Positions 1 to 9,527 are shown, counted from the stretch's first letter. The stretch: 64,000 bases of DNA from Candidatus Nealsonbacteria bacterium (GCA_011050465.1 DRFQ01000009.1:128334-192333), one strand, 5' to 3'. Numbers and translations are program-made. Notes: generated by a model from the letters alone, not told the origin.

Positions 1-84
1 GCGACTGATTATGTAATTCTTTTGTAAATTAAAAAGCACCATAGATTGGTTTCTACGGCGCTAGAAAGATTTATAGGAAGAAGG

Positions 85-357
85 TTATTCTATATCAACA
101 ATTTTAGCAATTTTTTGAGAACTATCAAAGCGTCTGATCCGTTTTGTTCTAAATCGAACAACACCTTCTTTTGAAGCATAGAGAGTGTCATCTCTGCCTC
201 GTCTGACATTTTTACCGGGAATAAATTTGGTGCCTCGCTGACGAATAATTATCATTCCAGGTCTGGCTAATTGTCCATCAGAAAGCTTCACTCCCAGATA
301 TTTTGGCAGAGAATCTCTCCCTAATTTTGTTGCGCCTGCTGATTTAGTCTTTGCCAT
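85..357 (-). CDS. rpmA: 50S ribosomal protein bL27
   Basis: Track ORF 85..438 trimmed to the internal ATG (cat at 355-357). [16 protein letters not shown] and [18 protein letters not shown] match the bL27 signature regions. Confidence 0.9.
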   Translation of the reverse strand: MAKTKSAGATKLGRDSLPKYLGVKLSDGQLARPGMIIIRQRGTKFIPGKNVRRGRDDTLYASKEGVVRFRTKRIRRFDSSQKIAKIVDIE

Positions 358-440
358 ATTTACTGCGTAAATATGGTAACCCCTCGCTAATTTTGCCGTT
401 GTAAATTTAGTGATGGGGTGGCCATACCTTATTCTCATCT

Positions 441-602
441 ATGTTATCAAGTATCCCGCAATTTGTCAAAAACCATCAAGATGATATAATTTTACTAATT
501 GGTGTTATTTTAATATCTTTGCTTTCTTTTGCTGCGGGCTACATATCAGGCGCCTTGCCAGAAAAAGAACTCATTCAATTTGAAGAGACGCAAAATTCAT
601 GA
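441..602 (+). CDS. possible 53-aa single-TM peptide upstream of uppS
   Basis: Below the track cutoff. MLSSIPQFVKNHQDDIILLIGVILISLLSFAAGYISGALPEKELIQFEETQNS has one hydrophobic helix, and its stop overlaps the uppS ATG (ATGA). Against it: no SD, and a TTGTCA-N16-TATAAT promoter-like site (463-490) lies inside it. Confidence 0.2.
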   Translation: MLSSIPQFVKNHQDDIILLIGVILISLLSFAAGYISGALPEKELIQFEETQNS

Positions 603-1288
603 AAGAAATTCCATATCACATTGGCATTATCATTGATGGTAATCGAAGGTGGGCCAAAAATAAAAGTTTGCCCTTTCTTGAGGGACATCGGCGGGGATTA
701 GAAAAAGTAAAAAAGATAGGGAGGTGGTGCAAAAAAAAGGGAATTAAGATTCTTACTCTATTTGCCTTTTCAACCGAAAATTGGAATAGGCCTAAAATTG
801 AAGTTAGCTATTTAATGAAGCTAATAATACAGGCCTTGTCTCAAAAAAATATCAAAGAAATCGATGAAGACGGTATTCGCATTAAAATTATTGGCCAAAA
901 AGAAAGACTATCTTCTCGACTGCAGGAAATAATAAAAAAGGCCGAAGCAACGACCCGAAACAACAGAGAAGGGATTTTAAATATTGCTTTAAATTATGGC
1001 GGGAAAGCCGAAATTGTGGAAGCTGTTAAAAAAATTATTAAAAAAAGAGTTCCATTTCATAAAATTAGCGAAAAATTAATTGAGGCAAACCTTTGGACTT
1101 CGGGCGAGCCTCATCCCGATCTGATTATTAGAACAGGAGGAGAAGAGCGTCTTTCGAATTTTTTAATCTGGCAGACAGCCTATTCCGAACTTTATTTTTC
1201 AAAGAAATATTGGCCGGATTTCACCGAGGAAGATTTAGACGAAATTTTGGAAGATTATTCTCATCGCCAAAGAAGGTTTGGGAAATAG
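599..1288 (+). CDS. uppS: undecaprenyl-diphosphate synthase (cis-isoprenyl transferase)
   Basis: GIIIDGNRRWA, FAFSTENWNRP and RTGGEERLSNFLIWQTAYSE motifs. Confidence 0.92.
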   Translation: MKEIPYHIGIIIDGNRRWAKNKSLPFLEGHRRGLEKVKKIGRWCKKKGIKILTLFAFSTENWNRPKIEVSYLMKLIIQALSQKNIKEIDEDGIRIKIIGQKERLSSRLQEIIKKAEATTRNNREGILNIALNYGGKAEIVEAVKKIIKKRVPFHKISEKLIEANLWTSGEPHPDLIIRTGGEERLSNFLIWQTAYSELYFSKKYWPDFTEEDLDEILEDYSHRQRRFGK

Positions 1289-1398
1289 GATAACGATCAT
1301 AGCCGTAAAGACAGTAGCTAATTAGGAACTACCTTTATGGCTTTTTTGTTTCCGAAATCTTGTCTTAGATAAAACTAAATTAAAATGGAGAAAGATAT

Positions 1399-1698
1399 AT
1401 GAAATTTATTATAGAAAGACCAGAAGAAAATATTGTAAACTTAGCCAGAAAATTAGGGTATATACCAAAAGATATAACAGGGGGAGAGTTTAATCTTGTA
1501 AGACCGCTTCGGGGCAGAGAATATCCAAGATTCCATCTTTATCTAAAGGAAGACAAAGGAAGGGGCGTTCTTTTGTTTAGTCTACACTTAGATCAAAAGA
1601 AGCCATCTTATACCGGTACTCCAGCTCACGGCGGAGAGTATGAAGGAGAAGTGGTTGAAAAAGAAAGAGAAAGAATAAAGGAAATTATTGGAGAATAA
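1399..1698 (+). CDS. hypothetical protein (99 aa)
   Basis: Clean ORF with GGAGAAAG upstream, followed by the hairpin terminator at 1723-1767. Confidence 0.5.
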   Translation: MKFIIERPEENIVNLARKLGYIPKDITGGEFNLVRPLRGREYPRFHLYLKEDKGRGVLLFSLHLDQKKPSYTGTPAHGGEYEGEVVEKERERIKEIIGE

Positions 1699-1722
1699 AT
1701 AACTTTCTCTTGCGGCGGGCTT

Positions 1723-1767
1723 GCCCACCTAAATTTCGAAGAAACTTAGGCGGGCTTGTTTTTTTGA
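1723..1767 (+). terminator. intrinsic terminator; short relative of the hairpin inside the 75-bp inverted repeats
   Basis: GCCCACCTAAATTTCGAAGAAACTTAGGCGGGC followed by a T-run. The flanks GGGCTTGCCC...CTTAGGCGGGCTTG match 41165-41213. Confidence 0.65.
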
Positions 1768-1827
1768 TAGAAATTTTATAAAATAGTTCTAGTATCTTTT
1801 ACAACCAAAGAAGGAGGAAAAGACAAA

Positions 1828-2010
1828 ATGCGGACTAGTCTTGAATGGATAGGTAAAATAATCAAATGGACAATTAAAGCAATTGAGATTTTTCTCGCTG
1901 CCATTGTGGCAATTTTGTTTATCTGTCTGTCTATAAGCGTCATTCCAATCGTAGGAACACTATATTTTGTTTCAACAATCCGTCGTGGATATCATGGAAT
2001 TTGTAAATAA
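1828..2010 (+). CDS. small membrane protein (60 aa)
   Basis: AAGGAGG lies about 8 nt upstream, and the protein has a long hydrophobic segment. Confidence 0.5.
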   Translation: MRTSLEWIGKIIKWTIKAIEIFLAAIVAILFICLSISVIPIVGTLYFVSTIRRGYHGICK

Positions 2011-2053
2011 GAAAAGATAAGTTTTTTGTGTATAGGTAGAAGGTGAGCCAAAC

Positions 2054-2371
2054 ATGGTAGAGGAAATAAATAACCATTTTTATTCTGGTAGAACTCTGAC
2101 GCCCGATGAACTGGAAATAATGAGATTCGTAAGGGATAAAAATCAATTGGAACGATACATATCCCAGCCGGATGGTTCTTATAAATGCCGATGTGGTAAA
2201 ATAATTCTAGCAGTTCACGTTATTTATCCTATTTTAGACGAATTACTCCCAATAATAGGAATAGACAATCATCTCTGTGAAGAAGTCCCATATTGTCCTA
2301 ATTGTGAAGAAAGACCAAAATCTTACGGTCCTCTTATTGATCCAAGGAATCATCCTAAAGGACGCAATTAA
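2054..2371 (+). CDS. zinc-ribbon protein, paralog of 41284..41568
   Basis: YKCRCGKIIL...CEEVPYCPNCEERP aligns with CYTHTCGTEIL...CEYEMVPYCPKCENKP. Confidence 0.6.
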   Translation: MVEEINNHFYSGRTLTPDELEIMRFVRDKNQLERYISQPDGSYKCRCGKIILAVHVIYPILDELLPIIGIDNHLCEEVPYCPNCEERPKSYGPLIDPRNHPKGRN

Positions 2372-2421
2372 TCGAGCGTCCTTTTTTATTTCACTAGAAT
2401 AAAAAAGATATACAAAAAAGC

Positions 2422-2449
2422 TTGACATTCTTTTATGATTTGATATAAT
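2422..2449 (+). promoter_or_regulatory. sigma70-type promoter
   Basis: TTGACA-N16-(TGa)TATAAT, then AAAGGAGGTGG SD and the ATG at 2477. Confidence 0.6.
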
Positions 2450-2476
2450 TTAAGAAGTCGGAAAGGAGGTGGCGAA

Positions 2477-2674
2477 ATGGTTCTGATGAGTACGGAACCA
2501 GTACGGGAGGTACCGGCCGGAAACGGACTTACTTCAACAGAGCAGTTGAAGATTCACATAGGTGAAGCCAATTTACTCGGAATTCATCCGAGGAGACTCG
2601 AAAAGATCTTGGCAATTGAATCAATCCGAGGAAAGATCGTTCGACTCCGACGATGGATCGCTGATAATTGGTGA
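2477..2674 (+). CDS. hypothetical protein (65 aa)
   Basis: Has its own consensus promoter, strong SD and terminator. Confidence 0.55.
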   Translation: MVLMSTEPVREVPAGNGLTSTEQLKIHIGEANLLGIHPRRLEKILAIESIRGKIVRLRRWIADNW

Positions 2675-2693
2675 ATAAGCCATCGCCTCCTAG

Positions 2694-2744
2694 CCCCCAG
2701 AGATCGCATCGCGTTGACGCAATCTCTGGGGGCTCATTTTTTTT
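2694..2744 (+). terminator. intrinsic terminator
   Basis: CCCCCAGAGAT...ATCTCTGGGGG stem followed by CTCATTTTTTTT. Confidence 0.8.
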
Positions 2745-2838
2745 GAGTGATTTACGTCCGTATAAAACTTCATATGGGGCAAGGTTTTTTGTTTACATTG
2801 AATCTGCCTGCAATAAGCTTGTCGAATTTGTCGAATGT

Positions 2839-2861
2839 GCTTGCCCTGAGTTTGTCGAGGG
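2839..2861. repeat. GC-rich mini-repeat copy (CTTGCCCTGAGYTTGTCGARGGG family)
   Basis: GCTTGCCCTGAGTTTGTCGAGGG, intergenic. Confidence 0.7.
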
Positions 2862-2882
2862 AGTAGAATGAGAGGAATATAA

Positions 2883-3162
2883 TACAAAGAAATTCTGAAA
2901 AAACTAAAATCACTCTCTAACAAAAAGGCGGTGGCCGGAATGTCGCGATTCGGGATTAATCCGAAAAATACTTTGGGTATTTCTGTTTATATTATATGAG
3001 GTATCGCAAAGAAAATTGGGAAAAGAAATATAAATTTGAACAGGAAAGCAATTAAGGCAGCCGGAGATTCAGAGAATAGATTCAAAAAGCGCCAAATGGA
3101 TAGCTTCTGATGCAATCAGAGAGTTAACAAGTAAAGCAGTTCAAAAAAGACTGCGTAAATAA
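2883..3162 (+). pseudogene. remnant of a DNA alkylation repair (AlkD-like HEAT-repeat) protein
   Basis: YKEILKKLKSLSNKKAVAGMSRFGINPKNTLGISVYII ends at a stop (2997-2999). In another frame, AKWIASDAIRELTSKAVQKRLRK ends at the trxA ATG. No start codon, and the middle of the gene is missing. Confidence 0.55.
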
Positions 3163-3476
3163 TGTTGGAATTTAATAGTCAAAATTTTGAAGAAGAAGTT
3201 TTAAGAAACGGAAAGCTGGTTTTAGTCAATTTCTGGAGGCCGGGATGTAAACCTTGTTTAGTGATTGAACCTATCATTGAAGAAGTGGCTAAAAAGTTTG
3301 AGGGTAGGGTAGAGGTTGGAAATTTTAATATAATGGAGAATCCTGAAATTGCCCAGAAATATAAAATTCCAGCGACCCCCACTCTTATCATTTTTAAAAA
3401 CGGGAAACCGATAGAAAAAGCAGTCGGCTTACGTCTCAAGCAAGTTTTAATCGATAAGATTAATTCACTATTATAA
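3162..3476 (+). CDS. trxA: thioredoxin
   Basis: FWRPGCKPC active-site CxxC, PTLIIFKNGKP, about 104 aa. Confidence 0.9.
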   Translation: MLEFNSQNFEEEVLRNGKLVLVNFWRPGCKPCLVIEPIIEEVAKKFEGRVEVGNFNIMENPEIAQKYKIPATPTLIIFKNGKPIEKAVGLRLKQVLIDKINSLL

Positions 3477-3552
3477 ATTCTACAAAAGTTCCATTTGGTA
3501 CTAAAATTTATTAACGGTTTTTATTTTTTTATAAACCTGATATAATTAAGCT

Positions 3553-3990
3553 ATGAAACACTATCCTTTAATCAGAACAATTTATCTCTATCTTTTTGCC
3601 TTGCTTGGTTTGGTGCTTTTGATTATCGGCGGAGTTCGCTTTGTTGATATGGGACTTAGGGCCTTTGTTTTTACTAAAGCCGAAGAAGAACAAAGACTTC
3701 TCCGCAAAGAGCCGCCTTATATGCCTTATTCGATTCAAAAAATTGAGGAGCTTCAAGAAAATGAGGAAAGGCTGTCTGAAGAAGAAAAAGCTGCCATTGG
3801 GCAATGGCTGACAGATTACAAAGACTGGCAGGAAAGAAGATCAAAAATTGATTATCTCACATCCAAAAGGCATCGGGATGCTTCTGTTAACTTAGCTTTG
3901 ATTTTAGTTGGTTTGCCCTTATATCTCTATCATTGGAGAATTATTAGGAAGGAGACAAAAAACAGAGAGGAAACCCAAACGGCTGCTTAA
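3553..3990 (+). CDS. membrane protein (2 TM, 145 aa)
   Basis: N- and C-terminal hydrophobic helices flank a charged coiled segment. Confidence 0.6.
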   Translation: MKHYPLIRTIYLYLFALLGLVLLIIGGVRFVDMGLRAFVFTKAEEEQRLLRKEPPYMPYSIQKIEELQENEERLSEEEKAAIGQWLTDYKDWQERRSKIDYLTSKRHRDASVNLALILVGLPLYLYHWRIIRKETKNREETQTAA

Positions 3991-4011
3991 TCGGGAAATT
4001 AAAAAATCAAT

Positions 4012-4923
4012 ATGAAAAGAGGAGTATATAAACGATGTAAGGGAAAATTAGACTCTTGTAAAGGTAAATCAATAAAAATATTGGGTATTTCGAGCGGGAA
4101 AAGAAGCTCACTTGAATGTGCAAGAGAAAATCCCGTAAGTTTGTATTACCTAAACCTTACTTTGAAAGCAGCGAGAAGGAAGGGGGCAGAAACACGGTTA
4201 ATTGATCTGAGAGATTTGAAAATTGGCGCCTGCAAGGAATGTTACAGTACTTGTCCTGCCCAGTGCCGATTTAATGAGAAAACAAATCAGTGCGATTGCT
4301 ATGCTTTCCAGAATGATTATATGTTTATCGATGAAAAAACGGCATTACCAATAGAAGAAGCATATGATAAGGTCAGTAAGAAAGAATTCTTTGAAATTTT
4401 TCGTGACGAAGGAAGATTCGCAGAAAAAGATGATATGTGGCAGGTTTACAAGGCAATGAGAGAGGCTGATGGAATTATTTTTGCGACCTCAACCAATTAT
4501 TATGGCCGGCCAGCTTTGTTGCAGACCATGATTTCAAGGCTTTGCGCTCTTGATGGAGGAGTGGAGGAGCTTTGGGGCGACGGGAAAAATCTGAAGAATT
4601 CCATATCCTATTCAAAAAATCCAAAAGCAAAATATAAACAAAGACTTTATGGCAAATGGACAGCTTTTATTAACTGCAGCAAAGAAGGCGACAGTGTGAC
4701 TCCTAATCTAATGAAAGCTTGTTCTATGATGGGAATGAAAATACTGCAACTAGGAGTTGCCTATAGGGTGAATTGGTATGACGATCCAACCCACAGAACA
4801 GATACCAGAGAATCAAAGAAAGATGAATACACATTGTCATTGGTGAAACATATCGGGGAAGAAATAGTAGAACAGATTAAAAAAAGTTCGAGAACTTACG
4901 GAATTTATTCTAGGATGGTTTAG
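4012..4923 (+). CDS. flavodoxin-fold / iron-sulfur flavoprotein-like reductase
   Basis: ILGISSG..., a Cys cluster CKECYSTCPAQC, and ADGIIFATSTNYYGRPALLQ, typical of NADPH-dependent FMN reductase-like proteins. Confidence 0.55.
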   Translation: MKRGVYKRCKGKLDSCKGKSIKILGISSGKRSSLECARENPVSLYYLNLTLKAARRKGAETRLIDLRDLKIGACKECYSTCPAQCRFNEKTNQCDCYAFQNDYMFIDEKTALPIEEAYDKVSKKEFFEIFRDEGRFAEKDDMWQVYKAMREADGIIFATSTNYYGRPALLQTMISRLCALDGGVEELWGDGKNLKNSISYSKNPKAKYKQRLYGKWTAFINCSKEGDSVTPNLMKACSMMGMKILQLGVAYRVNWYDDPTHRTDTRESKKDEYTLSLVKHIGEEIVEQIKKSSRTYGIYSRMV

Positions 4924-4946
4924 GGTATAATAGTTATGTTATATTG

Positions 4947-5486
4947 ATGAAGAAATTTATTCTCTTTTCGGGAATATTAATAATAGTTCTGGTTGTCGTC
5001 ATTATAGTTTGGAATGGCAAAGAAGCTGAGGAGTCCTTCATTGCCGTGAATAGTTTTGAAGAATGTTTAGCCCGAGGATATCCGGCTTTGGAATCTTATC
5101 CACGCCAGTGTAAAACAGACGGCAGAACATTCGTTGAAGATATAGGCAACGAGTTAGAAAAATTAGATCTCATTTTAATCAACAGTCCCCGGCCAAATGC
5201 CAAAATTAAAAGCCCCCTTGAGATTATGGGGCAGGCCAGGGGATACTGGTTTTTTGAGGGTGATTTCCCGGTGCAATTAGAAGATGGAAATGGCAAAGAA
5301 TTAGCTACAACTACAGCCCAAGCTTTTTCTGAATGGATGACAGATAAGTTTGTGCCATTTGAAGCTACTTTGGAATTTCAGAAACCTACAACAAATAGGG
5401 GAGTGTTAATCTTAGAAAAAGACAACCCTTCTGGTTTGCCGGAAAACGCCGACGAGTTAAGAGTCCCTGTGTACTTTGCTGATTAA
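4947..5486 (+). CDS. Gmad2 immunoglobulin-like domain protein (secreted)
   Basis: Signal anchor. GQARGYWFFEGDFPVQLEDGNG...FVPFEATLEF...ILEKDNPSGLPEN pattern. ATG at 4947 follows the track TTG. Confidence 0.65.
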   Translation: MKKFILFSGILIIVLVVVIIVWNGKEAEESFIAVNSFEECLARGYPALESYPRQCKTDGRTFVEDIGNELEKLDLILINSPRPNAKIKSPLEIMGQARGYWFFEGDFPVQLEDGNGKELATTTAQAFSEWMTDKFVPFEATLEFQKPTTNRGVLILEKDNPSGLPENADELRVPVYFAD

Positions 5487-5488
5487 TA

Positions 5489-5501
5489 TTGTGCGACATT
5501 T
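5489..5501 (+). repeat. TTGTGCGACATTT 13-mer copy
   Basis: The same 13-mer occurs at 25500-25512 and, reverse-complemented, at 36940-36952. Confidence 0.8.
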
Positions 5502-5597
5502 ATAGATTTGCTTTGTTAATTTTATTGTGTTAAAAAAAACATAAAAGGTCGAACGCTATTAAAGGGAAAATATATTATTGAAACAAGATACATAAAA

Positions 5598-6836
5598 ATG
5601 AAAAAAGTTATAGGAATTGGCATTGGCATATTGTTTATACTTAGTATTTTTGTTGTGCCTATTGTGGCAGAAGCAAAAAAGGCAAGCATAGCTGAATTGC
5701 AGGTCTTGATTGAACAATTACAGCAACAGATCGAAGAATTAGAAGCAAAGATAGCGGAATTTCAACAATCAAAAGCAGAAGTGAAAGAAGCAGGAAAGGA
5801 AGTTAAAACAACGCTCAGGTTTATCCGACAACTACAATGGGGTATGACCGGCGAAGACGTGGAATTACTGCAAGAAATATTAAAAACAGACCCTGAAATT
5901 TATCCTGAAGGATTGGTTACGGGATACTTCGGTCCTTTAACTTATAACGCCGTAAAGAAATTTCAAAGAGCAGCGGGTATTGAACAGGCTGGCCGGGTCG
6001 GACCAAAGACGCTGTCTAAAATAAATGAATTACTCATAGAAGGCGTTGGTAGTTCAGGGAAAGTACCGCCAGGATTATTAATTGCACCTGGAATTAGAAA
6101 AAAACTTGGCTATATACCCGCAGTACCATCTGGGCAAGAACTTCCTCCAGGTATAAGTAAAAAATTAGATGAAGAAGAAGAAGAGGAGGAGGAGGAGGAT
6201 GTCACACCACCTCTAATTTCTGGATTATCCGCAATTGAGACGACAACTAATTCGACAATGATTACCTGGGTTACCGATGAAGAAGCAGATAGTAAGGTTT
6301 GGCATAGCGAATCAACTCCGGTTGATACAGAAGGGCCAGATCCGACTGTAAGCGATTCTGAATTGGTATTAGAACACAGCTTGGCGATATTTGATTTAGT
6401 CCCAGACACCACCTACTATTATGTTGTTTCTTCTACTGATGATGCAGATAATGTCACGACTTCAAGTGAATCTTCTTTCATAACTCTAGAGGAAGACACA
6501 ACAGCCCCTGTTGCCGTAACTGATCTTTCTGCTTTAAATGAGACAACTTCGTCAATCGATCTTTCCTGGACCGCTCCCGGAGATGACGGAAACACAGGAA
6601 CTGCTGCAAGTTATGATGTTCGTTACTCAACATCAGAAATTACTTCAGATAATTGGTCCTCTGCGACCCAGGCAACAGAAGAGCCAACCCCATCAGTTGC
6701 TGGTGCAACAGAATCAATGACAATATCAGGATTATCTGCAGAAACCACTTATCACTTTGCACTTAAAACTTCAGATGAAGTCCCCAACGAATCAAGTCTT
6801 TCTAATGTACCAAGTTTGGCGACATCGTCAGAGTAA
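5598..6836 (+). CDS. secreted peptidoglycan-binding protein with FN3-like repeats
   Basis: Signal peptide and coiled coil. PG_binding_1-like GEDVELLQEIL...GYFGPLTYNAVKKFQ. Poly-Glu linker, then two FN3-like modules (IDLSWTAPGDDG). Confidence 0.75.
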   Translation: MKKVIGIGIGILFILSIFVVPIVAEAKKASIAELQVLIEQLQQQIEELEAKIAEFQQSKAEVKEAGKEVKTTLRFIRQLQWGMTGEDVELLQEILKTDPEIYPEGLVTGYFGPLTYNAVKKFQRAAGIEQAGRVGPKTLSKINELLIEGVGSSGKVPPGLLIAPGIRKKLGYIPAVPSGQELPPGISKKLDEEEEEEEEEDVTPPLISGLSAIETTTNSTMITWVTDEEADSKVWHSESTPVDTEGPDPTVSDSELVLEHSLAIFDLVPDTTYYYVVSSTDDADNVTTSSESSFITLEEDTTAPVAVTDLSALNETTSSIDLSWTAPGDDGNTGTAASYDVRYSTSEITSDNWSSATQATEEPTPSVAGATESMTISGLSAETTYHFALKTSDEVPNESSLSNVPSLATSSE

Positions 6837-6914
6837 ATTAGACGAAATAGTGTCATAAAAAAAACCGTTAGGCCCGCTTGCCGGTGAGGCAGGGAATAGA
6901 CCTTAACGGTTTTT

Positions 6915-7871
6915 TTATTCTTTTAGATTTTTGCCGCTGTGAAACTTGCGATGAATATCACGGAGACGTTTATTTGTTACATGGGTATATACTTGGGTTG
7001 TAACAATATTTCTATGGCCCAAAAACTCCTGAATGCTTCTTAAATCAACGCCCTGGCTTAACAGATCTGTAGCGTAAGAATGCCGAAGGGTGTGGGGGGT
7101 AGTAAAAACGGGGACACCGGCCAATACGGCGTATTTTTTTACGATTCTCTCTATGGACCGAGGCGTTAAACGACTCTCTGCATCTTTTCTGGCCCTATAA
7201 TGAATAAATAAGGCCTTTTCTTTGTCTTTTCGGGTATCCAGATATTTTTTAATCCAGGACAGAGCCCTTTCTGAAAAATAGACTGTTCTGGGATGGCTTC
7301 CTTTGCCAATAATACTAAGTTCTAAATCCTTCTTATCTCTTATATTAACAAATTGCTCTTGGTTAAGGGCAACTAATTCAGCTATTCTTAGGCCTGTTGA
7401 GAAAAAGGACTCTAAAATAGCCTTATCCCTTAAGCCAATAGTGTCTTTTAACTTGGGAGTTGTTAAAAGCTTCTCAATTTGCTCCAAATTAAGGAATTTT
7501 ACGGTTTTTTCCTTGCTGGCTGTCTTTGGAAGACCTATTTTATCTGCGGGGAGTGAAGCTATGTCTTTAGCTGTAAAATAGCCCAGAAGGGCTCTCAGGG
7601 CGATTAAATAGTAGTTCTGGGTGACTTTCTTGAGAGACTGGCCCTTATTGCCCTGAAATCTGGAAAGATAAAGTCTATAAGTCCAGATATCGTCAGCAGT
7701 CAATTCATGGGGTCTCAAATCCGCCTTTTTGGCTCCCTTAAGCCACGAAACAAACTTCCCAAGGTAATGCTTATAATTTTCCTGGGTTTTGTCTGCTAAA
7801 CCTTTTTCAACTTCGCAATAATCTAAAAAATCGGGAATATGTTTTAAAATTGGTTTATCTGATTGTTTCAT
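6915..7871 (-). CDS. tyrosine site-specific recombinase (XerC/D-like)
   Basis: C-terminal HTLRHSYATDLL...LGHRNIVTTQVYTHV (R-H-R-Y catalytic pattern) and an N-terminal SAM-like domain. Confidence 0.9.
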   Translation of the reverse strand: MKQSDKPILKHIPDFLDYCEVEKGLADKTQENYKHYLGKFVSWLKGAKKADLRPHELTADDIWTYRLYLSRFQGNKGQSLKKVTQNYYLIALRALLGYFTAKDIASLPADKIGLPKTASKEKTVKFLNLEQIEKLLTTPKLKDTIGLRDKAILESFFSTGLRIAELVALNQEQFVNIRDKKDLELSIIGKGSHPRTVYFSERALSWIKKYLDTRKDKEKALFIHYRARKDAESRLTPRSIERIVKKYAVLAGVPVFTTPHTLRHSYATDLLSQGVDLRSIQEFLGHRNIVTTQVYTHVTNKRLRDIHRKFHSGKNLKE

Positions 7872-8119
7872 ATCGCAATAGATTAACCGGCATTATTAGA
7901 GGAGTTTTTTAAGCCCGTATAATAATGTCGCTTTACCTACATTGTGCGACTATCTCTACCTCTATAATAAACGGGGCAAAAGGCCTTGTCAAGTGCTCCC
8001 CTATAGGTTTATATATAAAGTATTTTAGAAACAAAAAGTCAGCTTAATAAGCTGACCTTGATCCTCCTCTTTTCTTTACGACGTCGAGATATATTTGACA
8101 TTGTTTTTGGGTCCAATCG

Positions 8120-8431
8120 CTAGCGAGAAAAAAAGAAGATGCGCCAGATACAGTCTTCAATTGTAACAAGAAATTCATTTTCACGAGGATAGTCTTTCTT
8201 GAATAAACGCTTTACTCGAATATAATGAACCTCTGTTATTTCATCGTTTCTGAAATGACCCTTTTTTTTGGAATTGATTACTCTTCGTGCTTTTCTTAAT
8301 GCCTTTGCCTTACTGTTTGGAGCCTGGAATTTGCAGTAAATAACTAGTATGGTAGAGATTCGAACTCGACCGTCAGTATATGGCTGGACATAAACGCCAT
8401 TACAAAGAACTTCTGCCTGCCACCATCTCAT
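8120..8431 (-). CDS. hypothetical protein (103 aa), cassette gene
   Basis: AAAGGAGGCAAAG SD; own promoter at 8494-8522; terminator hairpin GTCAGCTTATTAAGCTGAC at about 8038-8056. Confidence 0.5.
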   Translation of the reverse strand: MRWWQAEVLCNGVYVQPYTDGRVRISTILVIYCKFQAPNSKAKALRKARRVINSKKKGHFRNDEITEVHYIRVKRLFKKDYPRENEFLVTIEDCIWRIFFFSR

Positions 8432-8493
8432 GGACTTTGCCTCCTTTTGGGACAGCTTTATTCAATTTTTTAGGTACGGTCCTCCTTTTTGTT

Positions 8494-8522
8494 AAACTAC
8501 CCTTTTATAAGAAAGAAATCAA
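8494..8522 (-). promoter_or_regulatory. promoter (CCTCGGGCTTGA family)
   Basis: Minus strand reads CCTCGGGCTTGATT-N17-TAGTTT. Confidence 0.4.
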
Positions 8523-8588
8523 GCCCGAGGTAATATGTTCTTTAAAAACAAAAAGGCGGTGCGTAGCACCGCTTTGAAAATTGCCTCC

Positions 8589-9056
8589 TTATCCGATTAG
8601 TACTCCTATGTTTTCAAGAGATTGGATAGCTGCCAGGAAAACTTCATACGGCATATAGCTCATAGATGGTGAAAGTATTCTGACCTCGTTGTCTTGAAGT
8701 TCAATGCCAATGAAGTATAGTTCTTGGTCTGGTATTAATACATCTTCGGTCTCTTTTTCTATGCCACTGAATTTATAAAGTATTCGTCCATAATAGGAGA
8801 ATCCATTTCGGGGTACTGTAATCTTTGGCAGGAGTTGATGCCTACCTATAACATCCTTAACCGCAGCCATGTCGGTCGGGTTATCTGTTTTTGGCAGAAG
8901 AATATACAGAATTCCTTTTTCCAATGAATCGACTGGACCCCTTGCGAATGTTTCATCGTATGATATCCTCGCGTCCGAAAGCCCTCTATAATAGAGAACC
9001 CAACCTTTTCCAGTAATAGCCTGGAAGATTTCTTGGGCTTGTTGGTCCATAGCCAA
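8589..9056 (-). CDS. hypothetical protein (155 aa), cassette gene
   Basis: GGAGGTATTGG SD; own promoter at 9112-9139. Confidence 0.55.
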   Translation of the reverse strand: MAMDQQAQEIFQAITGKGWVLYYRGLSDARISYDETFARGPVDSLEKGILYILLPKTDNPTDMAAVKDVIGRHQLLPKITVPRNGFSYYGRILYKFSGIEKETEDVLIPDQELYFIGIELQDNEVRILSPSMSYMPYEVFLAAIQSLENIGVLIG

Positions 9057-9111
9057 TACCTCCTTTTCCAGCTCTAATCTTTCTTTTGAAGGAACTATTC
9101 ATCCTAAAAAT

Positions 9112-9139
9112 AGTCTAATGCTTTCAAATAATAAGTCAA
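9112..9139 (-). promoter_or_regulatory. promoter (CCTCGGRCTTGACTTAT...TAGACTATT family)
   Basis: Minus strand reads CCTCGGACTTGACT-N16-TAGACT. Confidence 0.6.
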
Positions 9140-9224
9140 GTCCGAGGCATCATTTGGAAACAAAAAGGCCCGCTTTTCGGCAGGCATCTAATGATATTCC
9201 TTCATAAAAGAGCAAGCTAATAAA

Positions 9225-9527
9225 TTAATCAAACGACGCAGACGGTCCTCTTTCTGAGTTTATAACAAACTGTACCATGGCTTGAAGGTGGCGAAAGTTA
9301 GTTCTATCATAAACTCCAATGCCAATAGGTCGACCACCAGACCACCAAAATACTTGGTGTCTTCCAATGCCATTAGTCGAACCCTTATATGTCCATGTTC
9401 CCCTTCTTGTATTAATTTCTACTTCCTCTGGCGCCCTTTTTTGTAAACTAATGAAACTATGGTTATTTGGAACAGGCGCAAGAAAAACTAAGTTCCTTCT
9501 CTTGTACTTCACTCTGGGAGTCGACAT
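9225..9527 (-). CDS. hypothetical protein (100 aa), cassette gene
   Basis: AAGGAGGGGAAGG SD; promoter at 9564-9591; terminator at 9160-9190. Confidence 0.5.
   Translation of the reverse strand: MSTPRVKYKRRNLVFLAPVPNNHSFISLQKRAPEEVEINTRRGTWTYKGSTNGIGRHQVFWWSGGRPIGIGVYDRTNFRHLQAMVQFVINSERGPSASFD

Noticed and set aside
6166-6200. GAA/GAG run (poly-Glu), and the GGTGG/GGCGG run at 10690-10770 (poly-Pro), as noteworthy tandem repeats.
   Set aside because: They are simple codon-level low complexity encoding linkers in secreted proteins, with no higher-order repeat unit.
8335-8385. tRNA-like GTTCGAATC T-loop motif on the minus strand.
   Set aside because: The flanking stem does not pair (TCGAG...CTCTA), and no acceptor or anticodon arms can be drawn. 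It lies inside ORF 8120..8431.
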